Shown: piece by piece, positions 22,895-35,951 of the stretch
How positions within the stretch are numbered: position 1 is the stretch's first letter
How the letters are laid out: each line of letters starts with the position of its first letter
Made by a program: the position numbers and the translations under genes
Source of the DNA: Octopus sinensis
Lineage: Eukaryota
Reading direction: 5' to 3'
DNA: 64,000 nucleotides
Assembly: GCF_006345805.1 (NCBI RefSeq)
Contig: NC_042997.1
Location: 85,126,001 to 85,190,000 of the forward strand
The notes under the pieces: model-generated
What the model was told of the DNA's origin: nothing
Seen by the model: the letters and a program-made list of their open reading frames with translations, nothing else
Database searches by the model: none

Positions 22895-25350
22895 TCATGA
22901 TCATCATCATCATCATCATTTAACGTCCGCTTTCCATGCTAGCATGGATTGGACAATTTGGAAACAAGGATTAGAATCGAAGGGCCTTAGAGTCAACTTA
23001 GCTAAAACCAAAGTCCTAATAAGTAGGAAGGCAGGCAAACCACAAATCCCTTCAGATAGATGGCCCTGCTCAATCTGTAGAAAAGGCGTAGGTAGAAACT
23101 CTATAAGATGTACCCAGTGTAAGCTATGGACACATAAGTGCAACAATATCAAAGGAAGGCTAACTGGGAGGATAGTTTTCGTATGTGGCAGATGCTCGGG
23201 CGCTATAAATAACACTGAAAATGTCCAGAGAACAATTTCCGCCACATTCCAGGGACTCCAATCTGATCTGGCAGAGTTTCTACAGCTGGATGCCCTTCCT
23301 AACGCCAACCACTCCGAGAGTGTAGTGGGTGCTTTTTAAGTGCCACCGGCACGAGTGCCAGTTTGGTGGTACTGGCAATGGTCACGCCCAAATGGTGCTT
23401 TTTACGTGCTACCTGCACAGGAGCCAGTCCAGCGGCACTGGCGACGACCTCGCTCGAATATTTCATATGCCACCAGCATAAGTGCTAGTAAGGTGACGTG
23501 GTAACGATCACACTTGAATGGTGTGCTTAACGTGCCATCGGCACGAAGGCCAGCTTGTTGCTCTGGCAACGATCTCACTCGTATGGTACTCTTAGCGCTC
23601 CACTAGCAACGGATGCCAGTCACCGAATTTGATTTCGACTTCGATTTCACTTGCCTCAACTGGTCTTCGCAAACAGAGTTTAGTGTCCAATGAAGAAAAG
23701 GCACGCATTAGTGGACTGGTTACACCCCTAGCATAGGCCACAAGGTTATGGTCACACTTGCGCTTGCCAAGACTTCTGCAGCACAGCATGTTTCTAGAGG
23801 TCCCGGTCACTAGTCATTGCCTCGGTGAGGCCCAATGTTTGAAAGTCATGCTTCACCACCTCATCTCAGGTCTTCCTGGGTCTACCTCTTCCACAGGTTC
23901 CCTCTACTGCTAGGGTGTGGCACTTTTTCACACAGCTATCGACATCCATTCTCGTCACATGACCATACCAGCACAGTCGTCTCTCTTGCACATCACATCT
24001 GATGCTTCTTAGGTCCAACCTTTCTTTCAGGGCACTAACACTCTGTCGAGTATGCACACGGACATTACACATCCATCGGAGCATGCTTGCTTCATTCCGT
24101 GCGAGCTTACGCATATCCTCAGCAGTCACGGCCTTTGTTTCACTGCCATGTAGCATGGCTGTGCATACACATGCGTCGTACAGTCTACCTTTTACTCTGA
24201 GCGAGAGGCCCTTTGTCACCAGCAGAGGTAAGAGCTCTCTGAACTTAGCCCAGGCTATTCTTATTCTAGCGGCTACACTTTTAGTGCACCCTCTCCCGCT
24301 ACTGACTTGGTCACCTAGGTAACAGAAGCTATCAACTACTTCTAGTTTGTTTCCCTGGAATGTGGCGGAAATTGTTCTCTGGACATTTTCAGTGTTATTT
24401 ATAACGCCCGAGCATCTGCCACATACGAAAACTATCCTCCCAGTTAGCCTTCCTTTGATATTGTTGCACTTCTTATGTGTCCATAGCTTACACTGGGTAC
24501 ATCTTATAGAGTTTCTACCTACGCCTTTTCTACAGATTGAGCAGGGCCATCTATCTGAAGGGATTTGTGGTTTGCCTGCCTTCCTACTTATTAGGACTTT
24601 GGTTTTAGCTAAGTTGACTCTAAGGCCCTTCGATTCTAATCCTTGTTTCCACACTTGAAACTTCTCCTCTAGTTCTGTTAGTGACTCAGCAATTAGAGCA
24701 AGGTCATCAGCATAGAGGAGCTCCCAGGGGCATCCTGTCTTGAATTCCTCCGTAATTGCCTGGAGGACTATGATAAATAGGAGGGGCTGAGGACTGAACC
24801 TTGTTGGGCCCCTACCTCTACCCGGAATTCTTCACTGTACACGTTGCCAACCCTCACCTTACTGACAGCATCCCTGTACACGACTCTCACTAACCATTCA
24901 TCTATCCCTAGTTTCCTCATTGACCACCAGATAAGGGATCGGGGGGACCTTGTGGAAGGCTTTCTCCATGTCAACGAAAGCCAGGTAGAGGGGCTTATCT
25001 TTGGCTAGGTATTTCTCCTGCAGCTGTCTTACCAGAAATATAGCATCAGTGGTGCTTATCCCTGGCACGAAACCAAACTGCATCTCATCCAAACTGATTC
25101 TCTCCCTAATTAGTTGGGCTATGACCCTTTCCGTGACCTTCATTATCTGATCCAAAAATTTGATACCTCTGTAATTATTTGTATCTAAAGCGTCGCCTTT
25201 TCCTTTGTAGCAGTTGACAATAGTGCTGCTACACCAGTCATTGGGTATGACTCCTTCGTGTATCACCTGGTTAACTATACGGGTGACGAGGCTAATGCCG
25301 AAACTGCCAGATATTTTGAGCATCTCTGCAGTAATTCGTGATGGGCCGGG
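22895..25350 (-). mobile_element. RTE-clade LINE, 5'-truncated, frameshifted (copy 1)
   Basis: NYRGIK, QFGFVPG, AFVDMEKAF, QGSVLSP, LLYADDL, FCYLG, RGRPRKT motifs across ORFs 24898..25428, 24768..24974, 23866..24654; structured 3' UTR and (ATG)n tail at ~22895-22920. Confidence 0.93.
22959..23255 (+). repeat. Inverted near-identical copy of 24352-24651 inside the RTE 3' UTR
   Basis: Encodes the same peptide WKQGLESK...ISATFQG; by eye it differs by a 3-bp deletion and one substitution. Confidence 0.95.
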
Positions 25351-25559
25351 AACGCAAAACATCCAGACAGTTAGGTGATACAAGAAAGGGACAACAAAAC
25401 ATCCAGATACACGATACAAAGAAAACAAGGACCGGTCATTCGAAGTTTTCTTTCTTCAGTCAAGTTCCAGATTATCTTTGTAATTTCGGATGATTATACT
25501 CGAGATTGCTCCTATCTGGCCCGCCTCAAGGAAAAACTAAGCTGAGAACATTAGATTTC

Positions 25560-25910
25560 ACAGGATTCCGGGTTCAGTCCCACAGCGTGACATCTAGGGT
25601 AAGTGTCTTCTACTATAGCCTCAGGCTGACCAAAGCCTTGTGAGTGGAATCGGTAGACGGAAACTGAAAGAAGCCCGTCGTATATATGTATATGTATATA
25701 TGTGTGTGTTTGCCCCCCCATCCCCCGACGTCGCTTGATAACTGATGCTGGTGTATTTGCGTCCCCGTAACTTAGCGCTTCGGAAAAAGAGACCGATTGA
25801 ATAAGTACTAGGCTAACAAAGAATAAGTCGATTTCCTCGACTAAAGGTGGTGCTCCAGCATGGCCGCAGTCAAATAACTGAAACAAGTAAAAGAGAAAAA
25901 TAAAAGAGAG
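25560..25910 (+). mobile_element. SINE family A, 5'-truncated
   Basis: Collinear with 9161-9545 from the B-box onward. Confidence 0.85.
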
Positions 25911-25991
25911 ATATATCAATTTATATATAAATATATTTATATTTATATAAATTTATATATATATAAATATATAGACATATATATATATGTA

Positions 25992-26063
<72 letters not shown>

Positions 26064-26083
26064 TGGTGTTCCATCAAATAATA

Positions 26084-26135
<52 letters not shown>

Positions 26136-26148
26136 TTATACATATTCT

Positions 26149-26736
26149 TATATGGGTACAGGACGTCACCAACTCTAAACAACTTGAAATACGAAAACAA
26201 AGGAGTTCAATACGCAACCAACGAGAGAAACAAATGGAAAACAGGACAAGTAATACAGAGAAAGACCGTTCATCAGTTGTCGGCTGTCTAGCTACTCCTC
26301 ATTTCGAGCATTGGACGACAATATGAGTATTCGAAGACAGTTACTCCCATAAGAATAAAAATAAAATTTTAGATTCATAGAGAGGCAAAGTTAAGAGCAA
26401 AAGCAGGACAGTGGAGACACACAAGTAAACCGAACCAAAACAAACATCGAGGTTCGTTAGACTAGAACGAGGGTAGTCTCCACTGTCCTGTTCCCAACTT
26501 TAACCGTCCATTTATCCAAAATTTTACCTTGGTACTTATGGGAGCAATTATCTTCGAAGACTCATAGTGTCGTTCAAACCTCGAAGTGAGGAGTATATAG
26601 ACAGCTGACAACTAATGAAGGGTGGTTCTTTGTATTACTTGTCCTGTTTTCCATTTGTTTCTCTCGTTGTTTGCATATTGAACTCATTTGCTTTCGCATT
26701 TCATATTTTTTCTTGGTGACGTCCTCTACCCATATA
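26149..26736. repeat. Long imperfect inverted repeat (arms 26149-26418 and 26476-26736)
   Basis: Blocks such as caacgagagaaacaaatggaaaacaggacaagtaataca recur as exact reverse complement; (TA)n on both flanks. Confidence 0.9.
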
Positions 26737-27004
26737 CGCATATATATATATATATAATAATATATATATAATTTATATTATTATTTGATTGTACGCTACG
26801 CACCCATTTCCATGTAAGTTTATGTTAATCATGTTGATGTTGTATACTGTTGTTTTCACCTCCATCTATTTCTCTAATTCTCTTTTCGCCCCTTCACCAT
26901 TTTGTGTGTGTGTGTATATTATATATATATATAGTATAATCATCAGCCTATAGTTGTATATGCAAATGAATATATATTACGTATTTGTACTCATGTATAT
27001 ATAG

Positions 27005-27081
<77 letters not shown>

Positions 27082-28734
27082 GTATATGTAGGTATATCTA
27101 TATGTATAGATATATGTTTATATATATGTGCATACATATCTATATATATATGCGTGTGTGTGTGTGTGTGTGTGTATACGTATGCATGTATATTTTTCAT
27201 CAGAATTTATTAAAATTTTTGTCTTTCCTTTGCAGAATTCAAACCAGTCATTACGTAACAAGGTTCTTTTGTTTAAGTAACGAAGACTCTTGGGGTTTGT
27301 GTATGTATATTTAATTTCATTATTTTATGCTTATATCTGCTGCCTCTGCATATGTGTATGTGTGACTAAACTCTCACTCACGTCGTAGGTATGCGTGTCA
27401 TTTTAATATGTATGTATTTTCCCATTCATTCCTATTTATGTGTGTGTATTCCATGTGTATATATGCCTCTGTGTATGGGGAGGAGTCATCAATCCAGGCA
27501 CCTCAAATGGAGAATCCCTGGAATGGTTTGTAAATTTCACTGTATCACTAATTGACTTCGTCTGGAGAATGCAGATCAGTTTGCTTCTCCAGTCATTCTT
27601 ACCTTTAATTGAAATCTGGCGTGACGCAATCCACTGCACCTATGATAATTAGTATAATAAGCACAAATAAAAATCTCTACGCTGGATATAAGAGTTGTGT
27701 TTTCCCATTAGTCGTCCATAGATGTTCTCCTTTCTTCCGATTTTTGACGCTTCTTTCATATCCACTGGAAAGCTAGTCTCTGCTCAATTCCGCCGGGCAG
27801 TTGATCTTTATGTATATATGTATCTATGTATGCAGGTACAACGAACGCGAACATGCCAAAGAGGGACAGTTGTAGGATAGGCCGAAACGATCGTCATGCT
27901 AAATAAAGATTCATACTAAATCCATCTTCCGTTTCCTTCATCAATTATAAACTCAAGAAACTCTGCAGATTTCCTCACGTAAATCCAGTGAAAATTATAT
28001 CGAAATTACGATCTTGTAACTTTATTCAGTTAGACAATGATAATGATTATGGCATTTAAGATAAGCAAATGCTACAAAAGCGGCGTGAAGATTATATTGA
28101 GCCTAGTACGTATTTCAATCTGATAAATATTTTATCAAATCTTTTTGCCGAAGTGCTAAGTTATGGGACGCCTACAACATATACAAAGCATCGTTTTTGA
28201 CAACAGCTGTAAACAAACACTAACGATGTATACATACATATGTATATTATATGCATAAATACATGCCTGTATATACATATATAAATACAAACATACAGCA
28301 ATATAGATATATATACACGCTAGCGTGAGGTACACGTGCGTGCTCATACTACTGGATGCTTTCTCCCTACGAATTTTGATTCATAATGCTTTGATGAACC
28401 CAAAGCTTAACAGTAGAAAACATTTATCCGTGGTCATAATCTTTTTAGGCTGGAAGTAAAGATGAGCATAAGATGAATTCTTCAGATAGTTATTTTCATA
28501 TTTATGCTACCTGAAAACATTTCTTGCCAGGAAGGATTTATGAGTTTCCATACATCCATCTCGGAGATATATAATCAGTAATAGTATCTCGTCTACTCGT
28601 ATGCATTTGAACTCCGGTTGTAATAGGATCACGTTAAATATTAGCAAAAGCATTTAGACTAAATTTTGAGGTTAGAATTTGGTGGTTGTACCTTACATAC
28701 CAACCACTGCCCTAATAATCATCTCAGCTGTAGG

Positions 28735-29280
28735 TGCAAGCCTGAAATTTTGAGGAAGGGGAAAGTCGATTACATTCGCACCCAGTGCTTTACTGATACT
28801 GATTTCATCGACACCGAAAATATGAAAGTCAAAGTCCACCACAGTGGAATTTGAACTCAGAACCGTTGAGCATTTCGCCCTGGGCGCTAACTGACTTGCC
28901 TTAATGATGATAATGGTTTTCACAAATTTGTCACAAGGCCAGCTATTTTGGAGGAATTAAACTGATACTTATTTTATTGACTTCGAATATATGAAAGGCA
29001 ATGTCGACTTCGGCGGCATTTGAACTTAGGAACATAAAGACAGACGAAATACCTTTTTTTTTATTACCCACGAGGGGCTAAACACAGAAAGGACAAACAA
29101 GGACAGACAAATGGATTAAGTCGATTATATCGACCCTAGTGCGTAACAGGTACTTAATTTATCGACCCCGAAAGGATGAAAGGCAAAGTCGACCTCGGCG
29201 GAATTTGAACTCACAACGTAACGGCAGACGAAATACCGCTAAGCATTTCACCCGGCGTGCTAACGATTCTGTCAGCAAAC
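28735..29280 (-). mobile_element. Cluster of three SINE family B copies
   Basis: Repeated tcgacccc.aaaggatgaaaggcaaagtcgacctcggcggaatttgaactca; minus strand gives B-box-like gagttcaaattcc. Further copies at ~9020-9150, 31195-31570, 50118-50330, 50569-50781, 53130-53260, 53620-53715, 62580-62720. Confidence 0.8.
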
Positions 29281-29430
29281 CGCTTTACCACTGCCCTAAT
29301 AATAAGAGTGATGACCACTATACCAACGATGGTATAGTGATGTCCTGTAAGACAACGATGACAGTGACATGAGGCAATGAGGGAGTCTGCTAGAGAAAAC
29401 AGCCAAATCTCTGGATGATCATACCTGGAA

Positions 29431-29447
29431 AGCTGCAGCTGCTGCTG

Positions 29448-29528
<81 letters not shown>

Positions 29529-29600
29529 ATAATAATAATAATAATAATGATAATAATTATTATTATTATAATTATAATAACAATAATACAACTATTACAA
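29431..29600. repeat. Compound trinucleotide microsatellite (CTG)(CTA)n(ATA)n
   Basis: Directly visible. Confidence 0.97.
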
Positions 29601-29983
29601 CAAGTACTATGAGTGGGTGTGGCAATAATAATAAAGAAGAAAACAAAAGCAGACAAAAAGCCTGCTTAAAATAACAACCAAATCTCCCTCACATCACAGG
29701 CTAACGTTCTAAAAGACGGTGAATATGCGTAATATAATGTCATCCTGAGATATGTCCAAATAGGAGAAAATATCGGATTTTCACCACTGGAATGCCTTTG
29801 ATTAAGTCTGTTATTTTAAGATTAGTCTTGAACTCAATAACTACAAATACTAGTAATGCTACTTCTCTACTCAGATTACAGTGTTCATACAAAAAGAGAT
29901 TTTGCAAAGCAATCTCATCCAGTACAAGGTTGTCCACCACAAGGTCTAGTCGTGGTTGCACTTTGGTGGTTTGTATCCCTTAA

Positions 29984-30203
29984 CCCTTTAGCATTCAGAT
30001 TATTCTGTCAAATGTAATGCTTGTTTATTCACATTGCTTTATGGTAATCATGCATTATTTCGTAGCTTCAAAATTTCGATGACGTGATTGTATATTTCTA
30101 GAATGACATTGTTTGGCAGGTATGAGAGGTGGCATCTGGCCAGTTTGAACATAAAACATGTGGAATATTAGGGTCTGGTATGGCTGGTTTATATGTTAAA
30201 GGG
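29984..30203. mobile_element. piggyBac-like MITE
   Basis: TTAA|ccctttagcat ... atgttaaaggg|TTTA: CCC/GGG termini and TTAA-type target site. Confidence 0.7.
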
Positions 30204-30477
30204 TTTAATGAGCCCCAGAGCTATTCCCTTGAAGCACAAGCTCCTTGTTGGGTCTCCCATGCGTCACAGATAAAAGATAAAAAATATGAAGACTTTCTTC
30301 CTAAATGTAAAAATAGTTTTGCGTAGAGTGAACACCCCTAACTGGAAAAAAAAAAAAAAAAAAACTAAGTTCTAGATGCATCGATGACAATTCAAAAACA
30401 ACTAGATTTAGAAGAAAAAGGACATCGGTGGCCTATCCTGCATAGAGAGCAAAGGGATTAAGTAAACAAAGTAACTA

Positions 30478-30641
30478 TAGGCATAGCCGTGATGGTGTAG
30501 TAAGAAGCTTGCTTCCCAGTCACATGGTTTCAGGTTCAGCCCCACCGCATAGCACCTTGAGCAACTGTCTTCTACTATAGCCTCGGGCCAACAAAAGCCT
30601 TGTGAGTGGATTCGGTAGACGGAAACTGAAAGAAGCTCGTC

Positions 30642-30676
<35 letters not shown>

Positions 30677-30697
30677 ATATATATATAATATATATAT

Positions 30698-30742
<45 letters not shown>

Positions 30743-30965
30743 TGTATGTATGTGTGTCTATGACTTGTGTCTGTGCATCCGCCACCGCTTGACAACCGGT
30801 GTTGTTGTGTTTACGTTCTCGTAACTTAGCGGTTCAGCAAAAGAATCGATAAAATAAATACCAGATTTAAAAATAAGTACCGGGGTCGATTCATTCGACT
30901 AAAGATTCGAGCCGGTGCCCCAGCATGGCCGCAGTCTAATGGCCGGAACACGCATAAGATAAAGT
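30478..30965 (+). mobile_element. SINE family A
   Basis: Collinear with 9161-9545. Confidence 0.83.
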
Positions 30966-31755
30966 TGTAGACCGGGTTCTTCTGGCTTGAACTCTCAAAC
31001 GGGATATCATTTCATTTACTACTAATGTCGGAAGGATCCTCTATTATAATGGGCTCGACCTGCTAGATATCGCACCCCAAGTTTCTCTCTTGAAAAGAGA
31101 TTAGATGATATAGTTCTAGGTACACAGTGATCGTGAGACGGCTGGGGTAGCCACAGCTGATACATATTTCATCATAAGTCTGCTCAGTCGGGGGGAGGGA
31201 TAAGTCGATTACATCGCCTCCAGTGCTCAGATGGTACTTATTTCATCAACACCGATAGGATGAAAGGCAAAGTCGACCTCGGCGGAATTTGAACTCAGAA
31301 CGCAATGATGGGGAAACGTTGCTAAGTATTTTGTCCGGCATGCTTACGATTCTACCAGCTTAATAATTTTTATCTGATGAAGGCCTGAAATTTGAAGGAA
31401 AGTGGTTACTCAATGACATCTACCTCAGTGCTTGACTGGTACTTATTTTATCGTACTCTAAAAGATGAAAGGCAGAGTCGACCTCAGCGGATTTTGAACT
31501 CAGAATTTAAAAAACCGGAAGAACTACCACCAAGCATTTCATTTAGCGCGCTAACGATTCTACCAGCTCGAACTAAGAAAAGAAAAAAAAAAAAAAAAAA
31601 AGAATCGAAAGGTTAATCAAAGTGAGTATAAACGAATTTTAAAAATTTCATGCTAAGACAAGTGAAATTATGGTGAACCCAATTTTGAAACTCGTTGATT
31701 AAGAACTGGAGTACTTTTACTTCAGAGGAAATACATGAGGGTCACAATATTAACT

Positions 31756-32352
31756 CATCATCATCATCATCATCATTTAGCGTCCGCTTTCCATGCTAGC
31801 ATGGGTTGGACGGTTCAACTGGGGTCTGTGAAGCCAGAAGGCTGCATCAGGCCCAGTCTGATCTGGCAGTGTTTCTACGGCTGGATGCCCTTCCTAACGC
31901 CAACCACTCTGTGAGTGTAGTGGGTGCTTTTTACGTGCCACCCGTACAGGTGCCAGACGGAGCTGGCAAACGGCCACGAACGGATGGTGCTTTTACGTGC
32001 CACCGGCACGGGGGACAGGCGAGGCTGGCAACGGCCACGAACGGATGGTGCTTTTACGTGCCACCGGCACGGGGCCAGGCGAGGCTGGCAACGGTCACGA
32101 ACGGATGGTGCTACGTGCCACCGGCACGGAGGCCAGGCCAGGCTGGCAACCGCCACGAACGGATGGTGCTTTTACGTGCCACCGGCACGGAGGCCAGTCG
32201 GGGCGGCGTTGGCAACGGCTACGATCGGATGGTTCGCTTACTTGTCACCGGCACTGGTATCACAGCTGCAATTTCCATTAATGTTGATCGACTTCGATTT
32301 TGGTTCTGCTTTCTGATATCTGATTTGATTTGGTTTTGATTTTGATTTTGAT
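31756..32352 (-). mobile_element. RTE LINE 3'-UTR-only fragment with ~60-bp tandem units
   Basis: (CAT)n + cgtccgctttccatgctagcatgg and ctggatgcccttcctaacgccaaccact blocks shared with the RTE copies at 22895 and 55487; about 5.5 tandem units at 31922-32255. Confidence 0.88.
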
Positions 32353-34214
32353 ATTGTAATAAATCATAAAAGGATAGATCTTCTACAGAGGAGTCACTCG
32401 GACTTGCTAGAAATAGCAACCAAGCATCACGCAAATCGCACTCTTCGCTCATGTCACCAACGCAGCTGTGTATGCCTATATCTATATACATGTGAATGTG
32501 TGTGTACGTATATATGTGTGTGTGTGTACGTATGTGTGTGTTTATGCATGCATGTATGTAGGTATTTATGCATGTGTGCACATACGAAAATGAATTAAGT
32601 TTGTGAGCGTGTATATGTGTGTATGTATGTATGTATGTACATACGAAAATGAATGTAAGTGTGAGTGTGTACGCGCGCTCAAATTCATGTTGCATGCATG
32701 CAAATATGCATGTTCGTTATTTTTATATGATGTACATATCTTTGAAATAGTAGTGTTGAATGAACTACATTGAATCAACTTAATAAAACATACATTTTTT
32801 AAAATATACATTATCATGTGGTTTGTCGCAACATATGTTCGCGTGTTACACTTTAAAAACATTCAACAATATTAACTATGGAACGATATATAAGAAATAA
32901 TTGAAATATTTAAGGCAATAATACAAGTGCGAATATTATACGTCAACTGTAGAACGAAATCGAAGACAATTGAAATACTTAACATAAAACGACATAAATA
33001 TTACACGTTCAACAACGTTAGCTATGAAACAAAATATAAGACAACCGAAATATTTAACATAATAAAAGAAGTATGAATGTTATACGCCCAACAATGTTAA
33101 CTATCAAACAAAATCGAAGACATAATCGAAATCTTTAAGATAGAGAATCGATGTAAAGATTTTACAAGTCTTATGCTGTATATAAAACAGAAATAAGAGA
33201 ATTTATGCATCAAAGTTGAAAATAGAACATAAGTAGAGCGTGCAATTTCCACAAGCCTACAAGTAGTATATAATTATGTATATTTTGCATATGTAGGTGC
33301 GATGCCTAATGGTTTGGCTGTTGGTCACATGTCGGTCGTGAATTCGATTCCCGTTCAGGCAGCATGGTGTGTTTTTCGTATTATATATCATTCAACGTTT
33401 TCTAATTAGTTCAAGAGAGACAGAAAGAAGTCTAATATATGTCTTAGCGATACAAGTGGTTGTTAAGGTGGGCAAGCTAACAGAGCTGTTTAAATGCCAG
33501 ACATATTTTCTGGCACTCCAACGATCCGAGTTCAGATCCCGCTCAAACTCAATTCGTCTTACATCGTTCCGAGTTCGATAACTGAGGTACCAGTCCATTG
33601 CCGCGATTGATTCTTCGTGAAAGTTTCGGATTAGGAGTCCCATACTTATAAGGGAGTAAAAAAAAGGAGTCGAGTTTAATATTTAAGATACCAGTCAATT
33701 ACTGGAGTTGATTCTTCGTGGAAATTTCGAATTTGAAGTCCTGTTATATACCTTTAGGTTAAGTAAAAGGGTAGGGTTTTGTTTTATATCTTAGTATTCC
33801 TGTTTCATACGACGGAAATTATGATTCTGAAAAAAAAAAATCACAACGATACCGCTTTCTTTTCTCATTTTTCTTTTTTACACCCCACTTTCCTCTATTC
33901 CTCATACTCATCTCCTGTCCCGTGGGGAAACACCGAAGATTTTTTTCTCCTATTACTCTCTGGAAGGAATCAACTGCGACCGAAACTAGAATGAAATGGT
34001 TTTTGCCCAGTGTAGATAATAAAGATGGGCGGTGTCTCACAATGGGAACTGAAGACTCAGGAAAGGAACTGTGTTCATTGTTGTTGCTTTTGTTTAACCC
34101 GAGGTCAAATTGGATCGAGGTGTTCCAGTCGTAACCATCTTTTTTTAAGAGTATCTAGGTGTACATACATTAACTAATGTCTCCCCTTCTTTGTATGGTT
34201 AAAAATCTCGTTTT

Positions 34215-34550
34215 ACAATCACGTGCTCTTCGGGTTGTCCCACTTCTATACCTTCTACTATATCCCTAGGCCGACCATTGCCTTCTGAGGGAATTTGGTA
34301 GACAGAAACTGTGCGGAAACCCATCGCGTATTGGGTGTGTGTGTGTATCTTTGCTTTCGTGTTTGTCTCCTACCGTTTGGCAACCGGTGATGATTTGTTT
34401 ACTTTCACATATCTTACTGGTTCGATAAAAAAGACCGATGAAATAAGTTACCAGACATTTAAAATATAATACTAGGATCGAATTGTTCAACTTAACCCTT
34501 CAGGACAGAGCCCTAGCGTGGCCGCAGTCTGATGACTAAGACAAGTTTTT
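34215..34550 (+). mobile_element. SINE family A, diverged
   Basis: atttggtagacagaaactg, caaccggtg and ggccgcagtc blocks. Confidence 0.7.
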
Positions 34551-34934
34551 AAAAAAATAGAGGGTGAAAGATAAAAAAATAAAATGATACGGTGTCTTTT
34601 GATGCGACATTTAGGTTGAGATATCTAGCAAGTCGTGCGACCACATAAGAGGCTCACTTGGAAACGAAAACACAATCAACAGGTAATAAGAATGTTAGGC
34701 AAATACAATTCCATTGTTCAATATATCTTACATCTCTGCTGGGGAAATTATCACCAGCAAAGCAACAGTGGTTAGTTTGTACTTTAACTGCAGCAAGAGT
34801 TGAAAAACTAGGCCAGTCAAACAATGCACACCTGCAAGGTAACCAACAAACACTTAAGTCATATTACTTGATTACATAGTTTTGAAGTGTGTTTAATATA
34901 TATTGCAACGCCGAGCTATTGGGGTAGCAGCTCC

Positions 34935-35125
34935 ACGTGATCACTCGAGTTGCCAGAAATAATAGCCTAATTTTGTTCAACTCATGATAGATAATATTAC
35001 CGTAACCTGTGTCTGACAAGATAAGAGAAAATATTCCAGTCGTGATGGTCATTGTTGGAACACTATTTGATTTGATCACATCTAACTGCTGGCCTGGGGG
35101 TTAAACAATGACATCAACAACACTA
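34935..35125 (+). repeat. Old dispersed repeat (gctagaaatagcagcc...gatca...ggggctaaacaacaac type)
   Basis: Similar diverged blocks at ~13410, 14640, 15400, 15600, 29660, 31055, 51890, 52330 and inverted at 47465-47800, 51487-51590. Confidence 0.55.
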
Positions 35126-35951
35126 TGATAACAGGAAATCAGTGGTGATATAATTACTGTAACTAGTTTATCGTTTGTAAATAAATTTAGTTAATTAATT
35201 CATAGAAATACAAATTATATTCAACAATGGAAATGCGTTGGCCCAACCTCTTGATATCCTAATATTAATGACTGCCAAGTTTTAAAACAACATACCACAC
35301 AATAGCAACCGAATTTTGTTTTAAAAACAAAAAGCAATGAATAAATTTTTGGAAAAAAACATGTAATTACATAAATTTTATATGCGTGTACTATGTATAT
35401 GGGTGCGTATGTGTTCAGGAAGTAAATTTAAAATGTACTATAGTTGATGCCGTTCATTGCGATTACTTTTGGGCGGAGCCTTTCAGACAATAACAACCAG
35501 CTGTTAACATTAAAGCAGAAGAATATCTTGAAATTGTTTAGAACGCACTAATTTTGATAACAATATCTCTGATAATAAGCAGCTTCCACTGTATTTACTA
35601 CTCTTGTCTATCTATACTTAAATATATCCTGACATATCTAAGTGTTATTTATTCCCCTCTAAAACCATGCCTGCTTTTTTTTATTTCATTTTGTGGGGAC
35701 TTTTAGTGGGATAGGGGAGGAGAGAGTTTTGTCTTTATGGCGGACATGTTTGTCAAACTATAATAGTCAGTAATGTCTATAAATAAATAGCCGAAATGAC
35801 GTGTGAAGGAGAAAAAAGTTGCTGTTTTTTTTACTGCAGCACCTAACGGGACTGTAGCAACCACCCTGGATGACCTTAACCTTCAGTAGCTAAGTTATCA
35901 AGAACAAGCTGTGCTGACTTGTAATCTAATATGGGATATTCAGTCTAGAAA

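Noticed and set aside
29390-29656. Poly-Ser/poly-Leu/poly-Ile ORFs
   Set aside because: Trinucleotide microsatellite translations
31922-32255. CRISPR array or GC-rich repeat protein (ORFs 31806..32339 etc.)
   Set aside because: Tandem units of an RTE 3' UTR; variable parts are short loops, and several frames are open simply because of GC-rich repeats
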